Positions 23,217 to 35,377 of a DNA stretch of 64,000 nucleotides are shown piece by piece. Source of the DNA: Takakia lepidozioides (lineage: Eukaryota > Plantae > Bryophyta); NCBI GenBank assembly GCA_030704615.1, contig CM060732.1, positions 79,732,001-79,796,000 of the forward strand. The letters run 5' to 3'. The notes under the pieces are model-generated. The model was not told the DNA's origin, did not search any database, and saw only the letters and a list, made by a program, of their open reading frames with translations. Made by a program: the position numbers and the translations under genes. Each line of letters starts with the position of its first letter. Within the stretch, counting starts at the first letter, position 1.

Positions 23217-25867
23217 GAAACTGAAAACCCCTCCGTGACGACCTTACTTACAGTAATAAGCAATATGAGTCAAGACTATATTCAGAGATGAATCAATACA
23301 ATAAAAAAAAATACACTCGCGTATGAACGTTTCAAAGAAGTAGAATAGAAATGGAATTATTGTTTAGTCTGGAACATGTCATATGAAGATTGTGTCTAAT
23401 TATATAACCGCCACTGTACAGTGGAGGTTGCATGAGATAATAATGAAAAAAGTCGGACGGATGAATACTAGTGGATGAACATGGTTACGTGGATGAATAA
23501 TGGTAATGACGGATGAATGTGAGCATTGACGCGACTGTCCAGTGGAGGTCCACAACTTGAGGTATGACGAAATACAGAAATTGAAGAGTATTGGACTGTA
23601 ACTTCTAAACATGCAGATGAGAAATAAGTAGATTTTCCTGTAGAGTATCGAAAACACACAGATGTCATAACATTTTGTACGGGAGAAAATGCAGTTCACA
23701 CGAGAGATTATGGAAATTCAGAGAGGTACACCTGCGATGGCCACAGAGGTACAGGATGCTCAGAGAGGTGCACTATGGGAAGTGAGGTGGGAGATGACCA
23801 GAGAGGTGCGGGAAACACAATGTGCAAGTGAGAGGTATGGAGATAGAAGTTTGAACAGTTTGCACTCAGACCTTATATAGAGGTGGAAACCAAGTTGCCC
23901 GCTGGAACTCCTCCAATGGGATAGTGCGATACATTGTCTCGCAGATCGATTTCCGTCGCCGTTGATATCCGATATGGCCACAATCGAACGGTTCTGGATG
24001 GTGCAGGAGTGCACTCTTTGACCGATTTCGGAAAAGAGTGTCCTTTACTGGTAGATCCCTATATAACAATTATGATGCCAGAACGATAACGGTGGTTCAA
24101 TGGTTTCGCACTCGTGCTTATCAAGCAGTACGTATTTTGCATTCAATGCTGTCCAAGTGGACGAAGGCCTGACGCCGATGACAAGCGTTTCATGAATTCG
24201 TGCAGCTATGACACTCGGCTAAGAATGCGGCGGGCGTAAATGAGTGACAGAGGAAATATTCCAAGCCTCAATCCGCCGAATGTAGACATGGTCAGGAACA
24301 ATAATTCCCAGCGGCAAAACGCCGCAGGAGGATCTGACTTGTACATTTCATTTATCGTCACGTGTGGGGTGTGGGAAATATCCCGCGGGGTTATAATTGA
24401 TGATCCTGTGCAAGGGATCATTAACGTCATATTTTCTCGTTCATTCATCTGTTTATTCATTTCATCTAGTCATTCGTAAAATGGATGGACAGAATGGAAA
24501 GGATGAATTGGATGATATTTGCATGGATGTTGGATGGAACACGCGCGACCGTTCGATTTCGAAATGACGCAATGGTTCAGATCCTTTGCGACAACACCAT
24601 ATAAGGGGTGTGGTCGTTCAGCCCACCCTTTCGCCACTCCATTGTGTACGCGGAAGCGCTGCGGAAGTGGTAAGACCGACTAGCGCTAGAAAACAGAGAG
24701 TTTTGAAGGGGGGAGAGCGTGAAGAGCAGAAAGCGTGTTGTGCAGGGTGCCGTGAGAGCTGAGAGAAGAGGGCGTGTAGTTCAGTGCAGCGTGAGAGTGC
24801 AGTGGAGGACAGGAAGCAGACAGCGGATTCAAGTGCAGACAGGAGACGGGAGGGAAGCAGAGCATAAGGGAGAACGGAGCGGAGCGGTGGAAGCTTAAGG
24901 GTCAGGCGTTTTAGGTCAGCAACAGGGGCACAGAAATGGCTCACGCATCCAGCAAGTAATGTTCTAGTTTACGCATCTGGTTTGATGTCATTCTCTCTTG
25001 CTCACTTTGATGTCATTCTTTCATTCTCTCTTTGTTCAGTTTGTTGATTTGCTTTTCTTTTTGTTTTGCTGTTGCTTTTGTTGGTCAGCATCGCCCACGT
25101 CGCTGTTGGTTTGCTTCTCTTCCTCATTTGCTTTCGTTCCAGAGGTTATAGAGCACCATTTGTTTCTTGCATGTCACGTTTCGTAAGTGTGATGTCTTGT
25201 CTGCTGCGGAGCATCTCATTTCAATTCATGTGGTTCCAAAGCTGTTTCAATTAGTTTGAATTGATTAAAGCTGTTTAGGTGTTTCAATGCATTGCTGCTT
25301 CTCTGCTAGTGGTTTGCATAGTGGTTTGTAAGGGTGGTTGGTATGGGTGGTTTGTGGTCCTGGTTTACTGGTGTTGCTGGATTATTAGGGTTATGGATTA
25401 GGGTTATGGCGGGTTAGGATCATGGTTTTTTGCGATTGTTTTTTCGAATTTCCGACATTTGAAAATGGGTTTTTCTTCGGGCCTAGGCTACTCTAGTAGA
25501 CTAGTCTCCGTAGACCACTAGACCTCTAGTAGACCTCCATAAACTCCGGCAGGACAAACCACACGAACCTTGCCTGCCCAGTGGAGGTTCCTGCGTGTTA
25601 CTATGCCAAGGCACAACATAAGGATGTATTGAGATAGACTTATGTCGGTGCCTCCCCTTCGTTGATTTTTTGTTTTGTCAGTATAAAAAGAAGGGGCGTT
25701 GGAGTGCACACGGTGGCCAAAGATGGTTCTGAGACCGTTGTTGACATCTATAAGAGGCCAAGAGACAGAATCCAGTAAGCATCAACGAATCAGAAAACCA
25801 AGACGCATCACTGGTTGTATCGAAAACAAAAACCTTCCAGAAGAGATCTGAGAATGAAATATCAGAT

Positions 25868-26281
25868 ATGGGCTCTGACGTGCGAACCTTCATAACTCCG
25901 GGCACTGACGAATCAATGTTCGAGGGACTTATTCGATGGGAGACAACGGAGGAAACAGAGGAAGAGAAAGATGAAAGTGATGAGTGCAATCTTGAGTCTG
26001 ATTCAGATAATGACATTTCTGTAGGAGATAGTGAACAGTACCCGGGATCTGTCCTTCCATCCACTCCCGGATACAGTCCTCACTCTCCTCAATATGCAGT
26101 ATCTGTCCTTGTAAATTCTCCAGAATATGTCCCCGCTGATTCTCCAGAATATGTCCCTGCAGATTCTCCTCAATACGTCCCTGGATATTCTCCAGAATAC
26201 ATCTCCGGAGATTCTCTGACATATACCCCTAGAGAGTACTCCCCTGAAACCTTGAGGATGATTCGAGAGAGCCTCCTGTAG
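25868..26281 (+). CDS. Acidic, low-complexity ORF with (Y/D)SPEYVP repeats; function unknown
   Basis: ATG-started ORF with 24-nt tandem units at ~26115-26210. Confidence 0.35.
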   Translation: MGSDVRTFITPGTDESMFEGLIRWETTEETEEEKDESDECNLESDSDNDISVGDSEQYPGSVLPSTPGYSPHSPQYAVSVLVNSPEYVPADSPEYVPADSPQYVPGYSPEYISGDSLTYTPREYSPETLRMIRESLL

Positions 26282-26504
26282 TTATTGTAGATATAAGAAA
26301 ATGAAAAGATGAACCTCATCTTACAAAAGAATATCGAGTTCTTGTAGATATTGGGTATTCGTTATTCGAACAATTTTGAGACCGCATGATGTATTGAATG
26401 GCGAAACGAGCCTTCTCTGAATAAATGTTTTTTTCTTCTTATGAGTGATATCTTTTTTTTCTCCTGAATTGGATTCTTTTATCTGTCAGCTATGAGCATG
26501 TGAC

Positions 26505-27613
26505 GTGGTGAACCTCCACTTGACAATGGAGGTTACTGTCCTGGGAGTTTTGTATGGTTGTTATGATATGTGTCTGACGACAGAGGTGGTTTGTTCTGTG
26601 CACAACAACATCACCCCCAGGGATTGTATTGTTGGAATGTGCAAACCTATCTGTGGTTCTTTTGTTTCTCGAAAATCTCCGAATTTCAAGAATGATCACT
26701 TGGCAATTTTTGAGCTCAACCCGGAGATCACAGAATGGGGCATTGTACCCGTTGGCACACCTCCGGACCATAAGTTCCGGTTCCAATACAAGATTGGTGC
26801 AGAGGTCGCCGAGCTCAAATATGCAGATGTGGTTGACGTAGAGCTGGAGATGGAGGTGGAATTTCCAATGCTGGTAATGTTCATGATGGAAGATGGTAGA
26901 TTTCCCAAAACGTTTGGCTTCAAATTGGAGGTACGAATTCTAAGGAAGGCCATGATGAGAGAGTCCATCAGGGCGGGGTTCACATATTGCGACGAGGGTA
27001 CTCAATTTACAGATGAAGGATTTTGCATGGCTTGGGGTATTTTCTTGGATATGCTTTACTTAAAGCAAAGACCCGGGAGGAGGAGGCTGCAAGAGGGAGG
27101 CCAAAGAAGGGAAAACGGAAATCCATTGACGCCGGTGGTGATGAGAATGAAGCCGGGACATCAGGGGGAAAGAAGAAACAAAAGGAGGAGATGGATCCCG
27201 CGTTCATGACAGATAACAAGAAACCCAAGGCTGCAGACATATTCGACAAAGAGAAGTGTGAGAAGATGCTGGAGAGGCTGGAGCAAGACTACAAGGACAT
27301 GTTTCCTTTTGGGTTTCAGGCGACCCAGAATGTCAAAGTTTCCATGATGGAGCTTGCTCCCAGGGATATGGTGTACAGGCCCCTAAATGTGAAGCACAAA
27401 GACGAAGTCAAAGCGCGTCTTTACCAGCTCCGGGTGTTCGACTCCAAACATCCAGTTTATTTGATTCTCGTAAACCCCGAGAAGCCTATGGAGGTTTCTA
27501 ATTCGAAACCTCGAAACTGGAACGAGGTGGAAAATTCCAAATTCTTCGTCATCGGTGGACAACACACGATCATTGCTGCCAAGGCCGGGATTGGACGCCT
27601 GCAAATTCTGTAA
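26505..27613 (+). pseudogene. Frameshifted gene ending in a ParB/Srx-like domain, probable transposon cargo
   Basis: Overlapping ORFs 26505-27209 and 27023-27613; VYRPLN...HPVYLIL...FFVIGGQHTIIA resembles the ParB GxxR/GxH motif. Confidence 0.5.
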
Positions 27614-30319
27614 ACTGGGTTACACACTGTCTCGTATGAGGAGGAAAAGGTGGATTGATGTGGCGAGTTCGGCTGAAGGGAATAGTTGGTGGATATCATA
27701 GCGGAGTGGCAAGGACAAGGTCGACTGGGAGCGATTTGTGTCAAGCGAATGATGTTACAAGCAAGACTTCTTGAGGGTTAGTGGGAAGAATGGGAGTTAC
27801 TTTTATGCTTAGACTAAGTACCTCTATAGAGTTTTGTAGGATAAGTAAGGAGGAGAGGCGGTATTCAGGTAGGTATTTTACAAGGAAAAGGATCCGGAGG
27901 CATGGTTATGTCAGGTAGCAGTTGAGGAGCCTGAGTGAGTCTGGGTGATTTTGGAGTAATGGCAGTAGTCTGAGACTTGTAGTGGATTTTTCACACACAC
28001 ATCTATTGTAAAAACACGGATTACCTGAACTGAACTGTGCATACACTACACAGGGAGGAAGACCACTGATAATCACTTGCAACATGAAGATTCACAAGAT
28101 AGATGGCTTGCAGGCAAGAGCTATAACTAGCAAGTCACATATGAAAATAGTGGTCACCACTACAAGAGATGAGCATTTTTAGGACTACGGCTTTGGCGGA
28201 GTCATAAAAACTGCACTAGGTATATGACTACAGAGTGCTGAAATGCGTTGCAGTCATAGTTTTATCACTCTGTAGTAATGGATATCACTACATAACTCTG
28301 GAAAGTTAGGGAGCATTCGTCAAATATTGTTGACCACGATGACAGGGATGGTTTATATGATTATTGTGATATGTTTGACTACACGTGGATGGTGTTTCAT
28401 GGAATCTTATGACTCCATGACTGAAGATGGTTTCACAGCTCTAATTATACTACTACATCGAACCATATCTTGAATGGGTGAGTGCTCACCTCAAACTGCA
28501 ACATGTGGCTCAAGCCAAGTTCATAGACTTCGTCTTCCGTCTCAGAAACTGGAGTTCCTGCTTTTGGTGTTCCATGCCAACTCTTATCAAAGATTTCTGT
28601 GTCATTTTGAAGGCACATTCACGAATGTATTCATCCATTGGATGAGTTCATCCACAACACGACATGGCACGGAAACTTATGACTGCTTGAGTGCAGGTTG
28701 TTTCATAACCGAGAGCTCCTATTCTGTCAGTAAACAGCTCAATTCCATCAGTGGCGAAGGTCAACGAAGGTCAACACGAACATTTGCCCCTGCCCAAAAA
28801 GTGCACCTTCGACTAACGAAGGTGACAACATTCGCTCAGCCATGGTGCTTCCGAAAATGATCATTTTTCCCCACTTCACCCCGAACCTTCGTCCATTGAA
28901 GGTGGAGGATGATATAGCAATGTTTATAAATTTATTTTAAAAAAAAACAATTTTTTTTCATTTTTCCTAACTTCACCCGATCATCTTCTTCATCCTTCAC
29001 CTTTGGCCAACGAAGGTGTTCTCCGCGGCCATCTAGCCTACAACTGTTGTCATTCAAGTCCATAACTCATATCCCGCCTTTGCCAACCTTCTGTGATAAT
29101 CAAAGGGTTTTGTATCTTACCTTGTTAGGTATTGACGTTAGTTATCCGATGTTGACAAGCAATATAGTGTTGTTCTCATTCATTTCCTACTAGAAAACGA
29201 CTATCATTCAGTTTTGGACTTACGGGCAGACCGAGAGAAAAAAATTGGACGACCCTTTGCTACGTGGCCATTTTTCGTGTGTCCACGTCATACTGATCGC
29301 TGATGGCTGACAAAATAGCAATCCCCTTTCATAACCCTATATATATGACTACATCACTACACGTGTCATTTTAAAGGCATTTATATGATTCTATTACTAC
29401 ACGTGTCATTTTGAAGGCATATACATGAATGGATCCATCCATTGGATGAGCTCATCCATCCATGTTTACCACAAATTCCTATCAAGCTTTGAATATGTGT
29501 GGGGATTTGATATCTGTTCAATAAATTGGACCTGGATGGACGTGGCTTAACAAGCATAGCAAGATATATGAGATTAAAATATGCAATGGTCATGGTTGTA
29601 CATGGAAATTATTTTGAACCGATAGATTGTATAAGATCTAATGGTCTAGATTGTTTAAGATCTAATGGCCTAAAATTAGGTATGTCTAACTTCGTGAGCA
29701 AATTCGCTTAGGTCCTGGTTGAGAGTTTTGGCAGATGCAACAATAGAAGGGGATGATGATGGTAGTAGGATTTTAGCCTATGACCACTAGAATGAATCAA
29801 ACTGCAGAATGTTAAATTTTTTTCAAAAAGTTGTTTATAGGGTTTGCAAAAGATTTAAAAAAAAATCAAAAAATTGCTTATAGGGTTCCCTGAACAGAGG
29901 CCTGGGACTTGGGCTTTTTTTCTTCTCCTGTGCCTGCGAGAGATGTTGTGTCATGGAACGCGATGATGCTGGAGCGTGGGATGGAGGCTTTGCAGACCTA
30001 CCCACTTTTGAGCAAATGACAGAGAAGAGGAGGAGGAGATGAGACAACTCCGACATCATCCAACATCTCTCGTCATCTCGTCGAGGAGGAGAAGCTCCCA
30101 ACATTCTTGCGAGCTCGCCGTTTTTGGGAGAGAGACGAGACGAGGAGAAGCTTGCCGTTCTTGGGAGAGTCAGCTTGGTCTTAGCATGTCGTGTTTCAAT
30201 CTCTGCCTGCTCAGCTGCACCGTGGTGGTTCGATCTCACATACCAATCTGACATTACCTGACTATAGACACAAGCAGCACACACAAGAGGTCATTTTGGG
30301 TTGATGGTCGGTCAAATCT

Positions 30320-33300
30320 TCCATGGGTCATGACACAAGGTCAAGAACAATGTGGTGAGGGCACCTCCTTCTTCAACCTACTTCAGCCTGTTTTGCCCTC
30401 TCATCAGACTCGGCCTCGAGATACATATTGAATCCTGTAAGTTAGCTCGTTGGGTGGATCTGTGGTGGTTTAGAGTGACTTTGACAAGTTGCTGCCAATG
30501 TAGTAGCAGAAAAGTATCCAAAAATAGGTAACAGAGATGAGGAGAAGCTTTGGAATGAACACTTTTCCGACCCCAGTCAATTGCGGGACAATGGAGACAA
30601 AAAGGTGAATGCCTGTTGGACTACACTAGAGAGAAGCAGATGCAATTCAGAATTGGAACTACTGTAAAGAAAAAAGAAAAAGGTGAACGCATTGCCGAAG
30701 CAAGCGTAACTTATGGTGTCACTTGACCCAGAAGGGCTACTACCTTCCGGTAGGAAGGTGGACACCTTTGTAACAACCAACAGGGTGGTTTGAACCCACA
30801 ACCACTTGTAAGAGGGTATATGCCCTTCCCGCTAGGCTACATGTTGGTTGAACTACTCTAATAATTAGGGTTGGGGTGTTTGTTGGAAGAACTTCACGCC
30901 ATCAGTGTCAGCTGCTAGCAGCAAGTATTCATGATTTGTACACAGGCAGGGATAGTTGAAGGACCAAGGATAGAGGTCTAGATTCATCCAAGAAGGCCGG
31001 ATTTCAAACACATTACTTCTGATTCCCTGTGGATCAATAGCTACAAGAAATCTGCTAATGAGAATATGGTCTGCTAATGAAGGCATCTTCTTCAACACAT
31101 TTCACCCTGTTTTTCCCTCTTATCAGAATTGGTCCTAAATTTTCATGTTGAATTCTACAAGTTAGCTGGTTGAGTGAACATGGGATAGTTTGGAGTGACT
31201 TTGACATGATATTGTCAATGTGACAATAGGAAAGTATCCAAAAAGAGGTAAACAGAGATGAGGAGAAGCTGTGGAATGAATACTTTTCTGACCCCAGTCG
31301 ATGGTGGGACAACCGAGCCAAAAAGGTGAATGTCTGTCATGATTTTGATCACCAGTTATGTTGTGACCTGAGGCCCTATTGTCTTGGGCTGACATGCAGG
31401 GCAGTGCTGAAAGTCTGGATTTCGGCTGTAAAAATAATGAACTTTTCATATTTTTGAGGTTGTGTCAGCTCGTTGGGATTGCATCTTTGTGCAGGATCTT
31501 TCTGCATGTTCAAGTGTGTGCCAGTTGCGTTGCATCTGATGAGGCCCTTTGGTGCAGGCTGTAAGTTTTCCTTCCATAGCATTTTGTCCCCTTGGTTTTG
31601 CTGTCTAGGGCTGTGATCATGGCATTTTTGCTTCTGATCTCGGCTACCTCTGCTACCACCCAAGGTCATTTATTCTTAATGTTAGCTTATTCAAAAATGC
31701 CGCTGTAGTGTCTCATTGTACATCGTATATTTGAGTCTGAGTATGCTGACCAATGGACCCCTCGCATGTCATTTAGTCTGAGAAAGGCGTGGGAGTCCTG
31801 ATGATGTATGATCCTGCAGCTGAGGAGGTTTGAGGCTGAGGGATCCTCTGGATTTGATGGGTGATCTTAATAAGAGGGGCTCATCTATGTCAAAGTTCTG
31901 GGTTAATTTAGAAACCAGCAAATGATATCTCCTATAGATCGTGGTAAACTTTCAGATATTGTCTCCGATGGGGCCCTCCTTCGCGGACTGATCGCCACGG
32001 GAATCCACGGGGTAGTGCATGGAAGAAGCTTTACTTTGAGGTTGGTTAATCATTTTTCTACATACCTTTCTATGGTTGTTGACACACAATTGCCTGGACA
32101 TGGGCAGTTATTCAATTTGTAGTGACTGACGCAGTATTGCCAACATTTCAGTTGGGTATGTTTTGTTCAGTTACCCTGTTAAGTTGTAAAGGGATGGAAG
32201 TAGCTTCAATGTTTTGGGTGCTTACCATGTGTACATGTCCAAAGATGGGAAGGGATCTAGCCTCTACATCAGCCTTTCTATTCCTTTATGTCCCACTTGT
32301 GTATCCCCATTCTTGGAGAAAATTTCATGGCTTACATCACTGTCCTCTCATGCTTGCATTTGAGTGGGTAAAGAGGGGATAGAAGGAGTCAAAACAGAGA
32401 AGCCCCCTGAGTATTGTATGGTGTGAGCAGCACGACCAGGCGGATATGATGGAATTTGTGAGGAACATACCTGGTGAGTTTCGCAGTATTATATTGAGAT
32501 GCAGGCTGCAAAGCGCAGGTAGGCTCTTCTTCATTTGCAGGTAGTGAATTGACCCTTATTATTTCCTTATTCACCATTATTGCATAGGATGTTGTACACT
32601 TTGGCACCAAACTATTGAATTACTTGTATAGGGTTGGGATGTGAGAACAAAACATTCAAAACCTTTATTGCTCGTTAACTGTAATTGTTCGTAAAGTTGA
32701 ACGTACAGTCTGAAGTCCCATCTTGTGCTCAAGTGCTGCAGTACCTGCTTTCCCCATAGAATCAGTTTTCTTGATCTATGGCTCATATCCAGTTCATCTT
32801 GGAAGGTTTTAAGAGGATTTCCAACTGGTCCCTTCTTTGTACACTAATCTGTTTCTTATGAGTACAGTGTGGTAGGTTATGATGTTGTACTTTGGGCCTG
32901 CCACTATTGGAAGTTGGTCAACAGAGCTAAAGACCCAGATGGTTTTGTGGATTTTTTCGGTTCTCAGGTACATGATGATCTTGTGGTGGTGGATACATCG
33001 GTTGCAGACCAAATGACAGCATGGCGGCGCAGCCAAAGCATGACTGACGTATATGCTGGTGCTCGTTGGCGCTCTGGTAGAACCTGTACGTACCATCAGA
33101 TTGGTGATGTTTTCTTGTGCGAGAAGACTGGCAGAGCCGACAGTACTGTTCTTACCTATACTCAGGCTTTGCCAACCTCCAATACTCAACCTTTGTGCAC
33201 GGTTAGATTCTGAAGACTGCCCCTGCCTTGGTGGACATGTATGCCAAATGCGGGTGCATCGAGGATGCTAAGGGAGTGTTCAACACTATGGCTGAACGAG

Positions 33301-33910
33301 ATGCGGTGTCGTGGAGTGCGATGCTTGCAGGGTAGGGGGTGCGGGATGGAGGCTTTGGAGACCTATAAGCAAATGATGGGGGAAAGGGTGAAGCTCGACC
33401 ACATCATGTTTGTGTGCGTTGCAGTGCGTGTGCAAGCCTGGTAGCCCTGGAAAAGGGCAAAGAGGTGCATGGTAGCTGGAATTGTACCAAATGTGATTCT
33501 GAACAATACCCTCGTGGACATGTATGCCAAATGTGGGAGCATTGTGGATGCGGAGGGAGTGTTCAACACTATGGCTGAACAAGATGTGGTGTCGTGGAAC
33601 GCGATGCTTGCAGGATGTGCACAACAAGGGCACGGGATGGAGGCTTTGGAGACCTGAATCCTCCATGGGTCATGACACAAGGTCAAAGACAATGTGGTGA
33701 GGGCACCTTCTTCTTCAACCTATTTCAGCCTATTTTGCCCTCTCATCAGACTCGTCCCTGAATTTGCATGCTGAATTCTGTAATTTAACTCATTGGGTGG
33801 ATCTGTGGTGGTTTGGAGTGACTTTAACAAGTTATTGCCAATGTGGCAGCAGGAAAGTATCCAAAAACATATAACAAAGATGAGGAGAAGCTTTGGAATG
33901 AACATTTTCC
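30320..33910. repeat. Three diverged copies of a ~250-300 bp segment (~30320-30612, ~31085-31335, ~33660-33910)
   Basis: Shared cttcttcaac...ccctctcatcaga...gagtgactttgaca...gatgaggagaagct core. Confidence 0.75.
33205..33657 (+). pseudogene. PLS-class pentatricopeptide repeat gene remnant
   Basis: NTLVDMYAKCGSIVDAEGVFNTMAEQDVVSWNAMLAGCAQQGHGMEALE plus a frameshifted upstream repeat. A further scrap lies at ~29937-30015. Confidence 0.88.
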
Positions 33911-33911
33911 C

Positions 33912-35377
33912 TGTTGGAAACTAGACCTGCCCTCTAGTTCCTGGAGATATTGACAGATAGCTTCTAGCACAAACAGCAGTACAAAAACTGACAGCTTAAA
34001 CCAACCAAAGAGTTAGTACTAACAAGAAGTGTCAGTCCTAACAAGAATGCTCCTTACTGCAAAAGAAAAGACTTACAAAAGTAGATGCTGGACTTCTCCT
34101 CCTCATCTCTCTGCAATCTACTAGGATAGCACATCCAAAATGCTAGAAGAAGTGTTGGGCATTGCCTCAGCGTTTCCCTTAAATCCTACATGAGTTCTCT
34201 AGAAACTTCTGGTGGAACCATGGGCTGGAACCTTCTGGTAGAACTATCCCTAGCCGTCAAAAACCCTAACAGAACCCTAACTAAATCTGAGCTGACTTCT
34301 AACACTCCCGCTCAGCGAGGAATGAGGCTTAACCCAATCAGTTCCATGCATCTAGAATGCTTTTCTTTGGATAGAGCCCTTGTGAGTGCATCAGCTGCCA
34401 TGTCCTCAGTCCTACAGAAAACCAACTCAATCTCCAAACCAATCATTTCTCTAATGAAATGATGTTTGATATCTATGTGCTTGGTCCGGGCATGATGAAC
34501 AGGATTCTTGCTCAGCTCAATGCTGCTCCTTGTTATCAGCATGCAATTTCGTTGGTTGTTCTTGACTGAAGCCAAGTTCACCAAGAAGCCTTCCAATCCA
34601 AATGGCTTCTTTAGCTGCATGAGTCAGAGCCATATACTCTGATTCAGTCGAGGATAGAGTAGTGGTCTGTTGTCTTTTGCTGCTCCAGCTCACAACACCT
34701 CCACTCATTACAAAGCAGTAGGCAGATATGGATCTCCTCGCATCTGTGTCTCCTACCCAATCTGCATCACTGTATCTTTCTAGTGATGCTCCAGTGTTAT
34801 ACTTGTTATAAGTTAGACATGTATCCGCAGTCCCTTTTAAATATCTAATCACCCTCTTGAGTGTTTTCCAATGTTGAGGTCCTGGGTTGTGCATGAACTT
34901 ACTGAGCACTCCCACTGCATAGGCATTGCCTGCCCTGGTGCCAATCATTGCATACATCAGAGATCCCATGGCTTGCTGATATGGAACCTTAGCCATTTCC
35001 TCAATCTCACTTGGAGATTTTGGCTCCAGTTCTTTACTCAGCTTGCAGCTAGCCGGTTTCCAATGGTGTTGGTGCTGGTTTGCAGTCCTGCATACCAAAC
35101 TTTGCAACAACATTCCTGACATACCTCTCTTGGCTCAACTTTATAGTTCTCACCTTCTTGTCCCTCGGAATCTGAATTCCAAGTAGGTAATTCATGGCTC
35201 CAATATCAACCATCTCAAAGGTTTCACTCAAATCATGCTTTTGTCTACGCATGGTGTCCTTGTTGTCGCTGATCAGTAGCAGGTCATCCACATAGACTGC
35301 TATTATCATGACACCTGATGTCATGTAGTAAATGCTTTGATCAGCTGTACTCCTAACAAAACCTTGGCCTGTCAAGT
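33912..35377 (-). mobile_element. Ty1/copia retrotransposon 3' part: RT end, RNase H, PPT (34305-34314) and 393-bp 3' LTR (33912-34304)
   Basis: Motifs AVYVDDLL, YSDADW, SSTESEY, HARTKHIDIKHHF and ADALT. LTR TGTT...AACA is preceded on the minus strand by TGAGCGGGAG. Confidence 0.93.

Noticed and set aside
27976-28170. CACTACAAG-like motifs as CACTA ends
   Set aside because: They face outward from each other and no partner TIR or TSD was found.
28750-29030. Repeated CCTTCG..CGAAGG palindromes as a MITE
   Set aside because: They resemble subterminal repeats, but I could not define termini or a TSD.
30865-33200. Possible host gene exons (for example 30865-31098 minus; 32390-32475 and 32900-33055 plus)
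   Set aside because: They look coding, but I cannot assign a family or a coherent gene model from sequence alone.
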